Assembly: GCF_000281045.1 (NCBI RefSeq)
Contig: NW_008246099.1
Coordinates: forward strand, 244,372-308,371
Length of the DNA stretch: 64,000 nucleotides
Reading direction: 5' to 3'
Origin: Saprolegnia diclina VS20
Lineage: Eukaryota
Shown one piece after another: positions 44,869-56,700 of the stretch. Made by a program: the position numbers and the translations under genes. Position 1 is the first letter of the stretch. Each line of letters opens with the position of its first letter. A model generated the notes under the pieces. The model had not been told where the DNA came from. It saw nothing but the letters and a program-made list of their open reading frames with translations, and did no database searches.

Positions 44869-47359
44869 CTAGTCAAAGAGACGCGTATCGCGCTCGGCCC
44901 GCTGCTTGAGACGCATGTAGTACTGCGTGCGCTGGCGAATGTGGTCTTCGATTTTGGCTTTCTCGCGCAGCTGATGGCGCGCAAGCACGGCGTCTTCCCG
45001 CGCCTGCTCATCCACGCGCATCTGGGCCATTTGGCCCTGAATGTAGGCGTGCCGCACTCGCTGGCGCTCCTTGTCGACGCTGGCGACGCTATTGACGCTG
45101 TCGCCACGACCATACCTACGATACAATTCGCCACCATATCAACAAAATGCAAAAAAACTACTGTGCTGACTCGGGTTCGAAGCGCAACCGTCCTTCGTTG
45201 GCAAACCGCCATGGATTCAACGGCGACTTTGGGCCGCTAGGACAGCACGAAAGTGAGGTCGAAGCAGGCAACCCTGACGGATACCAGAGAAGCTCCTTGG
45301 TGTCGCCACGTGGCGTCCGTCCGCTGCGTGTGGGTACAGTCGTTCGCCTGCGAGGAAAAGGAGGGCTTTTGGGTGGGTGTGAAGACCACACGTACGCTCG
45401 GAGCTGGTCAAAGTCAAATTTAGGTAGAGTGCCGTGCTCGGGCTTGGCTGGTAAGGGCTCTTCAGCCCAACTACGTTCCGCCGTCAGAAGGTACGCAAGT
45501 CTGACGTCCAGCGACCTGGATGGCAGCGACGACTGCAGCCCAAAGTCCTTGGCTTCGTCCATCTTGATGAGCTGTTTAAACTGCGTCGTAAATTCCCAAA
45601 GCGAAATGAGCCCGTCGTGGTCAGAGTCCATGTCGTTGGTGAGGTGGCGAAACTCGGCTTCACTGAGTACGATGCCCTTCTTCATCAACTATTTGCGGTA
45701 GAAAATTGGCTAAAATGGACAATAATATCGCACTGTACCCCGTGGCGGAATTCAGCATACGAGAGCTTGCCGCTGCTGTCGTCGTCCATGTCGCCAAAAC
45801 TTTGCAAAATCCGGTTTTTGTAGACTAGACAAACTTTTTCGAGGGGTAGGGTCCACAATTTTGTACCTCTGAGCTTGGAATACACGGTCTCGCTGAGCTT
45901 GGCGGCCTGTGAGTTTGCATGAGCCTACCCTCCAATAGGGACAGAGATGTGGTACATCGACGTTGTCGGGGGGTGGCGCCACGTTGGTGGGCGGCGGCGC
46001 CACGACGTCGGACCGACGAAGCTTGCGCAAAAGAACGCGGTCGTGGCCTTGGAGCACGGGACCGTTCATAATATTGGCAAACTCGTAAAAGTTGAGCATG
46101 CCGTCCTTGTCCGCGTCGTACCTAGTTTCGACGAATATTGTCTTGCGCGCTGTGGACCACAAACACGTACGTGTGCAGCAGTTCTAGGACCGTGTCGCTC
46201 GACACGTTGATGTTTTGTTTCTCGAGGTTTTTGAGAATCTACATAAGCGCATCGACGCCGACGCGTCCCTCTCGGCCACACACCATATCGAGGCTCAATT
46301 TGCCTTCTTTGTTTTGATCCCAGAGGCGAAACACCGTGCCCAGCTTCATTTTCTACGCACCATATTTCTACTTTCAAAAACCATACTAGTATATAACTGG
46401 CCGTGCACCTCGTATTTGTTGCGTAGCGTGTAGACCATGTGCCGGGCGCTCATCTCGGGCCCCGACTCGGCGGGGTCGCCCAAGAGGTCGCCAAGCACCG
46501 ATTGGCCAAATTCAATTTCTTGCAAAATGTGCTGGCGCTGCGGCTTCTCCATGGGCTGAGAGGGCAGCACAAGCTGGCAAAACGCATGGTACGACACACA
46601 CCTACGCGCCAATAAGAAGCGCTGCAAAGTATCATTGTGTCAACTGCGTCCGCGGGTCCAGGACGCTGCGGATGAGGGCGTCGGCTTTCTCTTGGCCGAG
46701 CGACGAGGCCCAACCCATGGTCGTAAACATGTCCTTCATTTCGCCTTGCGAGAGGTGCCCGTCGTGGTTGATGTCCCATGATCGGAACGCAGCGCGCAGC
46801 GACTTGGTGCACTCGTACTTGGCTTGCAAAAGCGCCACAAACTCGGCGACGGCTGCCTCTTTGGCGCTGCTCTCGAGTGTCTGGTCGTCGGAGGCCGTCG
46901 GAGGCCGCACGGCGTCGCTCTTCATGCTTGTGCGCCGACTCTGCCGCGTCAGCGCGCCACGACCCACGTCTGATGATGCCTTGTGAGGCGGTTCAAGCGG
47001 TCGCTCTGGTGCACTCGCCTAGGAATAGGGATGATACGACCTGCTCGGGCAACGATCCGTGCACCTCCGTTTGGTTGGAGGCCGTCTCGCCGAGCGGTGC
47101 CGTCGGGCTATCACCGTCAAAATAATACTTGGCTAATCACAGCACATTGCACAATGGTACGTTGGTGTGGCGCACGTGGCCGGCCGCACGAAGCGAGGAG
47201 TCGTCGGTGCCGCCCTCGACGGCGCACGCTACCGCGCCAGCTCTTCATGAGGAGCCGACAATAGGATGTCGGTACCGGCGTCGGCGGCGGAGGCGTCTCG
47301 GTGCCACAGAGAAGACGGTTGCTCGACCCCGTCGCATGCACCCGGACCTTGGACGCCAT
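44869..47359 (-). CDS. Multi-EF-hand calcium-binding protein with a C-terminal coiled coil, many introns (exon boundaries approximate)
   Basis: EF loops WDINHDGHLSQGEM, YDADKDGMLNFYEF, MDDDSSGKLSYAEF and MDSDHDGLISLWEF. The C-terminus reads DKERQRVRHAYIQ...RAERDTRLFD*. Confidence 0.78.
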
Positions 47360-47615
47360 CGGCAGCTATAAATACGCTGAAGGCTGCTTGACGAATGACC
47401 TTTCTTAGTCGTCATGCGTTGACTAGGGTTGGGGTTTGCTTCGTGGCGTGAATCTCAGTCGTGGTTGATTGATCTGTGATCTACTAGAGTTGGAGTAGAG
47501 CAGAGAGGCGGCGGGTGGCAGCCATGACCACACAGCCGTCACCCTCTCTCGGATGGCCGTGGATGCATTCGAAAAGAGAAGTCGTGCTACGACTAACGCT
47601 AGTTCTATTGGCTTC

Positions 47616-48023
47616 TTACTCGGGGTTGGAAAACTCGCCAAAGAGAGACGCGAACGCGCCGCAGATCGACGCGGTCATCAGCGTCGCCCGCAGCGACGAG
47701 AGCGCGGTCGGATTCGCCTTGTGCGTCAGAAGGAGGCCGGCCGAGAAGCCGCCGAGAAACGTGTTTTTCCAGTCGCGCACGCCGCGGAGGCTCTCGGCCG
47801 CGCACGAGACGCCGCCAAAGGTGCCGAGGAAGATGGCAAACGCACCGCCGTTGCGCCCGGCCGCCCGTGCCAGCGACTTGAGGTCCAGCGGCACGGCGCC
47901 GCGCTGCACCTGGGCGAGGTGCTCGTAGCCGTCAATCGAGATGGTCCAGAGCGCGCCCGTCATGACGCCACGGTACACGAGGTGGGCCAGCCGCGCATCA
48001 CAGGTGGCGGTTTGTTGGGGCAT
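47616..48023 (-). CDS. Tim17/Tim22/Tim23 family mitochondrial membrane protein
   Basis: GGAFAIFLGTFGGVSCAAESLRGVRDWKNTFLGGFSAGLLL (PRAT-like motif C..E.LRG..D..N...GG..AG). Confidence 0.85.
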   Translation of the reverse strand: MPQQTATCDARLAHLVYRGVMTGALWTISIDGYEHLAQVQRGAVPLDLKSLARAAGRNGGAFAIFLGTFGGVSCAAESLRGVRDWKNTFLGGFSAGLLLTHKANPTALSSLRATLMTASICGAFASLFGEFSNPE

Positions 48024-48509
48024 GGCCAATTGAAACACAGAGGTCCTCTAAGTACCTACTTGATACGTATTGGTTCTTGCAGGATATGCATTGCTACAGG
48101 AGTGCAGCGTGCGGGGAATTCCCTGGACACGTCGCCCACCTGTGCACGACGCTACTACCGAGGACCGTGTATCGATATGCTCGCATTGATATCCTCGTAG
48201 GCTGCAGTAGATTGCGTCGGAGGTGGTACGTCCTTCGTACGACTGGTGGCGGACCTCATCGCGTTCCTTCTGGAGCCAAGTAAGTAGCTTGGGGCACATG
48301 CCTCAATTCCAGGGCTACGCCTCATTTTAGGCTTTGTCCGAATTTCAAAACCTCGCTTTAAGGTATGCTATGCATCACAACAGATCGGAAAAACCACAAA
48401 ATACCTTTTAAAAAGGACATGGTCCGAATTCGGCTCAAGTTGAACCAAGGCGCGTGCCACAACTTCAACCGGATCATGGTTCCACGAGATTTGGCATTTC
48501 GGAATCGGC

Positions 48510-50278
48510 ATGGTCAAGCACGCGACCGAGAAGACGGGGCTCATGGCCGCCAAGAAGGGCGTCGAGATTGAAATGTACTCGGCGGGCGCCGGCACGCGCG
48601 AGCGCCGGCACGACGACGACGACGACGACGCGCCTGTGCTCTTTGGCTACGAGTCGCTCGATAAGGACATGATTCCGGCCCAGCAAGAGTTTCTCGAGCT
48701 CTCGAGCATGGCGCTGCAGCTCTCGCTGCGGCAGATGGTGCGCCAGGTCATGACCATCACGGACGCGGCGTTCCAAGGCCACATTGGCACGAAGCAGCTC
48801 GCCGGTGTCACGATCGCGTCCGTCTACATGGGCGTGCCGTCGACGTTCATCCAGAACGCGATCCCTGCCATCAGTACGCTGTGCAGCCAGGCGTATGGCG
48901 CCGGCAACAATACCCTCGTGGGCATTTGGCTGCAGACCTGCATCGTCTTTTCGGTCCTCGGCGCGATCCCAATCATCATTTGGTACATGTTTGTGGGCCA
49001 CATGATTGCGCTGACGCTGGACGACACGGAAGCGGTAGGAGCCTTGTCTCCGCTAGGATCGACCTCTTATCGTCGCTCTACTAGGTCGCGTATGGACAGC
49101 AGTTTGCCATGATCATGGCGCTCGGGCTCATTCCGCAGTACTTGTATGGCTGCTTGACGACGTACTTTGCGACCCAAGGTGTCATCATGCCGGCCACGCT
49201 CTGCAGCACACTCACAGTCTTCCTCAACATCGGCTTCAACCAGCTCTTTATCTACGGCGGCTTTGGCTACGACGGCCTCGGCTTCATCGGGTCGCCGATC
49301 GCGACCGTCACGAGCACGTGTCTCCAGCTCCTCATCTTTGTCGGCTACACCGTGTGGTACAAGCAGTACCATCTCGACTACTGGGGCGGCTGGACGATGG
49401 AGTGTATCAGCAAGGAGCGGCTTCTCGTCTTCCTCCCGCTGGCTGTGCCCATGGGCATGTCGTCGGTCGTCGACTGGGCCTCGGCGGCGTGCACCACCGC
49501 CTTCTCCGGCTACCTCGGTCCGGACATTGCCGCATGCCAAGCTGTTTTGAACGGCGTCTTTGGCGTCGTGAACGCGTTCGTCTCGGGCTTCTCGACCTCG
49601 ACGCAGATCCGCATGAGCCGGTACCTCGGCCAAGGCAGCGCGGTCGCAGCCAAACGCGTGCTCTCGATTGGCGCGTCGATCGTCGCCGTCTGCGGCGTCA
49701 CCATGGTGCTGCTCGTGTACCTTCTCAACGAGTCGCTCTTCCGCGTCTGGAGCCCGGACCCGGTCATCATTAGCATGTGCCGGTCGGCGCTTGTTGTGTT
49801 TGTGTGCTGCATCATGGTGGCCTTTGGCCGCTTCATGATGACCGCGTGCCTCAACGCTCTCTCGATGGCCAATATCAACCTGATCGCCAACAACATTGGC
49901 TCGTGGTGCCTCTACGTGCCGCTCAGTTATGTGCTGCCGATCACGCTGCACTGGGGCCTGGATGGGTTTTGGTACGCCGACATGTGCGGCGAGGCGATGA
50001 AGGCGGTAATTTTGACCTGGGGCATCCTCCGCGTCGACTGGAGCGCGGCAGCCGACTTTGCGCAGCGGGCCGCCGAAGTCACGGAGACGCGCAACCCGAT
50101 GCAAGAAGAGACGCGCGAGCTGCTCGCGTACGAGAATGAAGCGCTCTTGACGCCGACGATCTTCAAGAGCCCCGGGGCGCAGTTCGGGTCGGTGCCCCAC
50201 CACACGCCGAGCGTGCTCAAGCGCGCGCTGTCGCTGACACCGAAAGCAACGCGCCGTCCAAAGGACACCAATGTGTAG
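48510..50278 (+). CDS. MATE efflux transporter (MATE-3), close paralog of MATE-2 with the same intron (about 49035-49084)
   Basis: Same motifs as MATE-2 (QLSLRQMVRQ, FQGHIGTKQLAG, LCSQAYGAGN, RMSRYLGQG), near-identical nucleotide stretches and a conserved tail. Confidence 0.95.
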
Positions 50279-51010
50279 GTAGACAAATCGTCGTTTTTTG
50301 GGTAATATCAGCTTGATACTTTGATACGAATCTGCACGTGGCAATGACCAGGCAGTAGCGTCGAGATGAAGAGCCAGCAAAATCGAATTGTAGATGCAGC
50401 CGTCCGTGTCCTTGGACAGGCTGGTTCCTCTCTCGGGCTGCCATGCGCTTCGAGCCACCACTCGGGCATCAATGGGGTCGCCGACACGTTCACAGCGCGC
50501 GTCGCTCGCTCGCTCTAGGTCCCGGTCGTCACGTTGACTGCATAACAGCACTACTTGTGCACAAAATTCGGTATTAACGTACACCAGTATGAATGTACAA
50601 TTGTATCAATGTATCGAGACATGGAGGTGGCGACGAGCAACCCCGAGTCCGAGATCCGTGCTTCGACACCGAGTGGCCCGACCACAACGTCGTTTGCGCT
50701 GCTTGGAGCTGGAGCTTGACGAGCTCGGTGGCGGTACCCTCTGCAACGCCACGACGACCATGGCAAGGAGTGCGTTCGTTTGGCATCCGCAGCGCCGTTG
50801 ACTACACGGCTCGAACGAAATGGTCCGTCGTTCGGACCGGTCGTGCTCGAGTCGCAGCCGATTGGGATGATGCTTCTGTGCAGAGACAAGTGCCAAGATG
50901 ACCTTGAAAGCAACAAGCGAGGTCACGGCGGAAGCTGCGCGACATCCGACACACAAGGACGCGCACAGGTCGCCGTCCTCTTTATATGTACACGATATGC
51001 AAGCATTACG

Positions 51011-51604
51011 CTATTGCGGTGCGAGTGCTTGCAGCCGCGCGAGCTCTCGGTTCAAGTACCACACCTTCTCTTCCTGCAGCAGTCGGGACTTGGCGGCCGA
51101 CTCGCGGTTCGTTCGGCGCCGGTACTCGTCCTTGGACTCGGTCGGAAGCTGCACCGACTTGGCCTTTTTGGCCGGCGCAAATGGCCGGTGCCGCAGACTC
51201 GGGTGCGACGCCTCAAGCCGATGGATCTCGTCGATGATATACGACAGCTTGTGCTCGCGCTTCTCGCGGTACGCAGCCGCGGACACGCGGTTCTTGGTGT
51301 TCTTGACATGGATCAAGACAGGCGGCGACGCATTTTGCACCGCGGACGTCCTGGAAACGATCTGCCGCTTGGCGTTGCGGCGCTCGATGGCCAAGCGCCG
51401 GCGCACGGTCGCCGCGTTAATCGCGAGCCGGTCGGTGCACTGCGAGAGCGATGGCAGGCGCGTCGTCTCGTGCTGCCGGAGGTGGCCATTGAGGTTCACG
51501 AGGAGGTTGCTCGTGCGCAGAATGTCATCGCGCGCCGAGACGTCGTAGTGCACCGTCGTCTTGTTGGTGTTGAGGATGTAGTGGAGGCCCATGAACTGCG
51601 CCAT
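51011..51604 (-). CDS. Small protein with two bZIP-like basic regions
   Basis: KNTKNRVSAAAYREKREHKLSYIIDEIHRLE and RRRTNRESAAKSRLLQEEKVWYLNRELARLQ each fit N-x7-R followed by a short heptad zipper. The N-terminus carries MGLHYILN. Confidence 0.8.
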   Translation of the reverse strand: MAQFMGLHYILNTNKTTVHYDVSARDDILRTSNLLVNLNGHLRQHETTRLPSLSQCTDRLAINAATVRRRLAIERRNAKRQIVSRTSAVQNASPPVLIHVKNTKNRVSAAAYREKREHKLSYIIDEIHRLEASHPSLRHRPFAPAKKAKSVQLPTESKDEYRRRTNRESAAKSRLLQEEKVWYLNRELARLQALAPQ

Positions 51605-53717
51605 CGTACGAATCCCGTCGGCAACCAGATGTGTCGCCACGAGACGTGGGGTGCATCAGGTTCTGCCCCTTGCCAGATGGTACTACAAACCTCTATCTTT
51701 CGATACATTGACACAGTGCATGGCTTGCGGTGGCAAAATCTGGTCATAAATCTCTACTTTGTAAGAGCATTCGCATCTGGAGACCTGTGGAAATGCATAT
51801 ATAGCGAAAGAGCATATCGAGTGCCTGGACATGCAGGCCTATGAGCAACTGCTCGCCTCGCCGCTCCAAAAATCAGAGACCGTTTGGGGGAGAAATACGT
51901 GGCAGCCTGTGCGACGGCCTGCGACCATGCGTCGTGGAGCGGCCTGAAAGCCACTGGGAAGCGCCTCGGGTCACTGTTTGCGCAGGAGACGTACGAGCTA
52001 CGCTAGAGCTTGACCAGAAGCGGATGCAGCCGACATTGTTCAGGAGATCGGAGGCCGAGCACGGGCTGGCAGCTGCGACACGTGCCGAATGGTTCAACAT
52101 ATCTGTGCTTGTGCGATGGATGGACGGCGGCGTCGGCGGGGTTCTTTCTGCAGGCAGCTCGCTTCCGCCGGCCGCTTTTGTGCTGCCGAGTTTGGCCGCC
52201 GCCTCGCACGTTACTAAAGGCAGCTCTTGGAGCCCTATGTCCAATTCTTGCGAGCGCTGTCAATTGGCCTCATCCAGCGTCCTGTGCTGGTAGCGTGCCA
52301 CGTGCCTCGTTCTGACCAGACAGGCCAATCGGGCTCGCCAATCGTTGAAGTACGACGATTCTGTGACCGCCTTGGACACAGTCGATGCTCGCACGAGAGC
52401 GTGTCGGCGCGAGAGTCCATGAGCCACACATTCTTCTGGTGTTCAATGCCCAAAATGATGCGAGCTTGGTTCTGCGAGTTCTTGAGGACGACGAGTACAC
52501 TGTAGAGACCGTCGCAGGATTTTCGGAGCAGAATGAGGCTTCAATTGGCGGGAGCTGGGGAGCTACAGTGTATGGAGCAAACTATTGGCAGGTTGCTTGA
52601 AGCTTACTCTAAATCTTCTTCGCTTGAAGTCTCGACTCCAGCTTCTTCGCTAATGATTCAGGTGCAACTGCAAGTAAAACCAACCAATGGCGTTGCGATC
52701 GACGCCATCAACTCGACGTGATTGAAGCCTTTCCTCGCAGACGGCCGAGCAGATTGGGGGGTAACGAATGTATTGGTGCCCCGCCTGCCCAGTGGTGGGC
52801 GAGGTGGGTTAGCTAATTTGCTACGGGCTGCAAAATGCGGAATGATCAGAGCGGGGCCGCTCTGTGCCTTGGCTTGTTTTGCTGCTTGGACTTCTGTCCT
52901 TCTGTGCTTCTGTTCTTCTGTTGTTCGTGACTGCTCGTCCCATCGCGCGGAAAACCTCTTTCTCTTCTTGAAAATGGCTCTTGCACAACTTGTCACACAC
53001 ATTGGTCTCAACCGTTTCTGGTGCGATCATTCACCAGACTCTGGCCATGCACCAGAATTTTTCACAAACGAATCAAAAAAGCCCGATGCATGCCATTCAC
53101 AAGGTTACTAGGCAGTTTTACCACCCTTTCCTGCCAGCACAGCCTCGCAACAAGTCCGTCATTCGGTTCAATCCTCCGACACCTTTTCCGCACTGGCACG
53201 AGAAAACACCTATCAAACCACCTTGCCATGGCGGCCAATACAAAAAACAAGCTAAATACGTGGCGCAATGCAGGACTTTTTCGTGGACTTTGCCGTTGGC
53301 CAAAAATAGGTCCACCACAATGCGTGGTAGTAATACTAACGATTCAGCAACCTTCTTTCGCGCATCGCACAATGCGCTCGCGCAGCCTGTGACTCAAGTC
53401 AAGACAGAGGCGCTCGCACGCCAGCGTGACGAAGAGTCGGACGGTTCTGGCGTTCTCCGAACAACCGGCACCACCGCTCGCTCCTCCATGGCGCGCGTCT
53501 CGCGATAGCTTCTCGCGATAGCCCCACGTCGCAGTCGCACAAGCAATTGAGTCAAAGAAGATGTTGCAGCCGGTCGCTAGCTGCTACTGCGTCAAGGTAC
53601 CGACGTGGCGCCCACTGGACGCAGCCGTCGCCCCGACTTTTGTATCACAGGATCCCACCGCTCAAACGTATACAAACTTTTATAGCCAATCAGAGACGGC
53701 CAAGACCCGAATGATAG

Positions 53718-56700
53718 CATCCGGTGATCGGCGCCGCTGCCGACGCCATTATTCTCGCGATGGAGTCGTCGCAGCAGCTCTGGACGCTAGCCGTCGTGGC
53801 CACGGGCGCCGCCTTTGCGCCGGCCGACGACACCGTCGCCCTCGCGCTCGCCGGTCTCGCAGTGCCCATCCCGATCGTCCTCACCCAAGCCGCCACGCGC
53901 ATTTGGGTGCGTCGCTCCGCCGCCGTGGCGCTTCTCGGATGCATGCTCTCGGCGCTGTCGTGCATCGCGCTCCCATACATCCTTGCCAGTATCGTCAACG
54001 AGCAGCAGCGCGCTGTCCTCGACGACTACTGCCCAGTCGTTGCCATCGCTGCCCCAGCGCTTGTCGTTCTTGCAGTCCTCAGCGACCGCGTCGCAGCTCG
54101 TCGCCGCCAGGCATGGCTGGCAGTCATCACCGCCGCCGTGAACACCGGCATCTACTACTATTTATTTGCGACCAGAGGCGCCCGTGCGTCGGCGTGGCCG
54201 ATCGTTGCTACGACATATGCCCACGCGCTATGCCTCGGTGCGCTCTCGTGGTCGCTTGAGAGCCGGCCGACCGCCGACGACGAAGGTACCAAGAACAGGC
54301 CGACGCAAGCTTTTGCAGCAATCGCGCCGTGGCTTTTGGCCGTCGTCTTGGCGTCGTCCCCCGCACCCGCACTTGCTACGTCGTTCTTGGCGTACGTGGG
54401 GCTTGGTCTTGAGTTTGGTGCCGGCGTTGCTCGAAGCTACGGCTGCCATCGCGTTGGCATCGTTGTCGTCGCCAGTGCTCTCGTAGCGCTCACCGTCGTC
54501 TATGGAGTCCCGTGGACGACCGCGGTCAACGCGATCGACAGGATGGTGGTGTTGGCTTTTGCGCTGGCTTCGTTGGCCACCGTCGTCGGACCACCGGTAT
54601 CGCCGGCGTCGACGGTCGGCGGTGCCGTCGTCTTTCTTGTTGGCGTCGCCGTCGTTGCACGCCTCGCTCCTGACAGCGCCCTCGCAGTCTGGGTGCTGCA
54701 GGCGCTCGTACAAGGCGCCAAGTGCGCTCTGGGTTGCATCCGCCGGCAAGCGCCAACATACACCCAACAAGAAACCGTGCACTTGCTTTCTGGACGGCCT
54801 GCGATCGACCACGTAAGCGCTACATGTTCCTACCCTTTTCTCTCATTGACATGCATGCTACACTAGGGCGCGACGACGGCATCGACAAAGGGCAACGACG
54901 GAGGGAAGGATAAGGCGCCAACTCAAGCAACGTCGGATGCCAGCCAGCACGGTTGGAAGAATATGCGGGCGCAGTGGTGCCCGTGCTGCCACTCTCGGCG
55001 CCCGCAGTCGTACAAGCAGCAGCAAGTCGTTCTTAGTACTGACGAGGACGGCCTCGCGATGTACGAGCGTCACCGCGTGTCGCCGACGCTTCATGACGCT
55101 CAAGAACGTGCTGGCCTTGTCCTTGGTGCCCAGTCGACGCGGCTGCTTGAAGCCGGCAACGCCTCGCAGCCAAGCACCGCACGACGTACGTCCACTGCGC
55201 GTGTCTTGCATGTCCTAAGGAAGCCTTTCTTGCGTAGCTGCGGTAGACAACCTTGACCAGGACCGGCTGAGTGTCTGTCACTCGACGCATCACGACGGCT
55301 GGCGCGCCACCTCGCCGACGGCCGACTCGGTGCAAGACCGGTCTCTCTCTGAGCTGTTACTTGGTGCCTCTCGTCCGCAAGAGTACAAATCATGCGAAGA
55401 AAGTTGCCAACTGCATCCGGCAGCGAGGGCGACACCCATTCGAGGCTCGTCGCAAGTGGGCATGGCAGCCTCGGCGACGTCGAGCGACGAGACGCAGATC
55501 GCGACCGCTCTACGATTGCATGTCCGGGGCAACAACACGGCTGGTGCGACAACGCCAACGACTTTGGATGCCCAGACGCTTGCGCACGGTGGCGACCGGT
55601 CCGTCGCAGTGCTATTTGACGTTGAAACGGATAAGCTGCAGCGTTTTCCCACGAGCCGTCGCCTTGATCAAAATGCTCCGAGTAGCCAACGTCGACTTGA
55701 GGGCTCCTCCGACCACAAGCGCGTCGTCGACTCGGCATGCGACCGAGCGGCGGTTGTCGGCAGTGCGCGGCACGTGGCCATCACCGAGCCAGTACCCGAT
55801 GGCAGTTGCTGTGGCCTAGCAGGGTGCATGCCGATGTGCAGTCGCCGCCGTGCCAGTGCAGTTGAATCGCGTCGATGTGCCAAGGCGTCGACAACGATGG
55901 GAGCGTCATCGAACAACGCCACAGTGCCGCTGCTCGGGTCAAGCCACCACTTGGAGCCCCGCGCAAGCGTCTGTGGGTGGCTGTGCTGCTCGGCGGCGTC
56001 GGATCCGCATGCCATCGACGAGGTACCTCGAACCAAGGCAGCGGTGTGCGCGCTGGGCTGCTGCGGCGGGTCTTCGGAGACATCACTCGCCACCCGCTTG
56101 GCTCACAACGGCGACGTCGTTGCCGATTACGGCGCTTGCGCTGACGACGCTGAAAACTCGATGGCACCATCCGGCTCCGTGGCGCAAGGTGTTGCTTTGT
56201 CCAGCGACAGTGCTTTGTATCTGGGCGGCTCGACGGCGTTGGCACCTACCGACGACACGGCTGCGGCATCGGTGACGGCGACCGAGCGTCGGCTAGCGCA
56301 AGGTGGCACCGAATGCGAGGGCCAACAAAGCTCCGGGACCGACGCTAGTGGGCATGCAGACGCGTCGTTGCTGCTTCGCCAAGAGAGGTTGCGCATGACA
56401 ATCGACAAGCCACCAAATCCCGTGGGTACCGATATCGACGCCCTCGAGCCGCTGGCCACGGGCGCCATCGAGCTGCGTCGTCGCGACCAAACGGCTCGGC
56501 CACTCGCACAACCGGCTGTCAAAGCCACGGATCCTAGCATGATCGGGCCCTTGGCGACCGACGGGCGACATGTCGGTGGCGCTCGGTGCTGCTTGGAAGC
56601 AACACCGTGCTCTCTTTGGTGTTGCGCCGCCGAAACGTCGACGACGTCACGAGCCGCCTCGAGTGACGCGGCTGGCACGACGGTGGGAGAGCGCGCGCGC

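Noticed and set aside
50340..50960. Short ORFs between MATE-3 and the bZIP (RRLRCLELELDEL looks zipper-like)
   Set aside because: No basic N-x7-R motif and no consistent gene model.
51700..53300. Transposon or gene in the bZIP to giant-MATE interval (e.g. CDKLCKSHF fragment, short ORFs 52385-52600)
   Set aside because: No transposase or RT motifs, TIRs or coherent exon chain were visible; a decayed element cannot be excluded without BLASTx.
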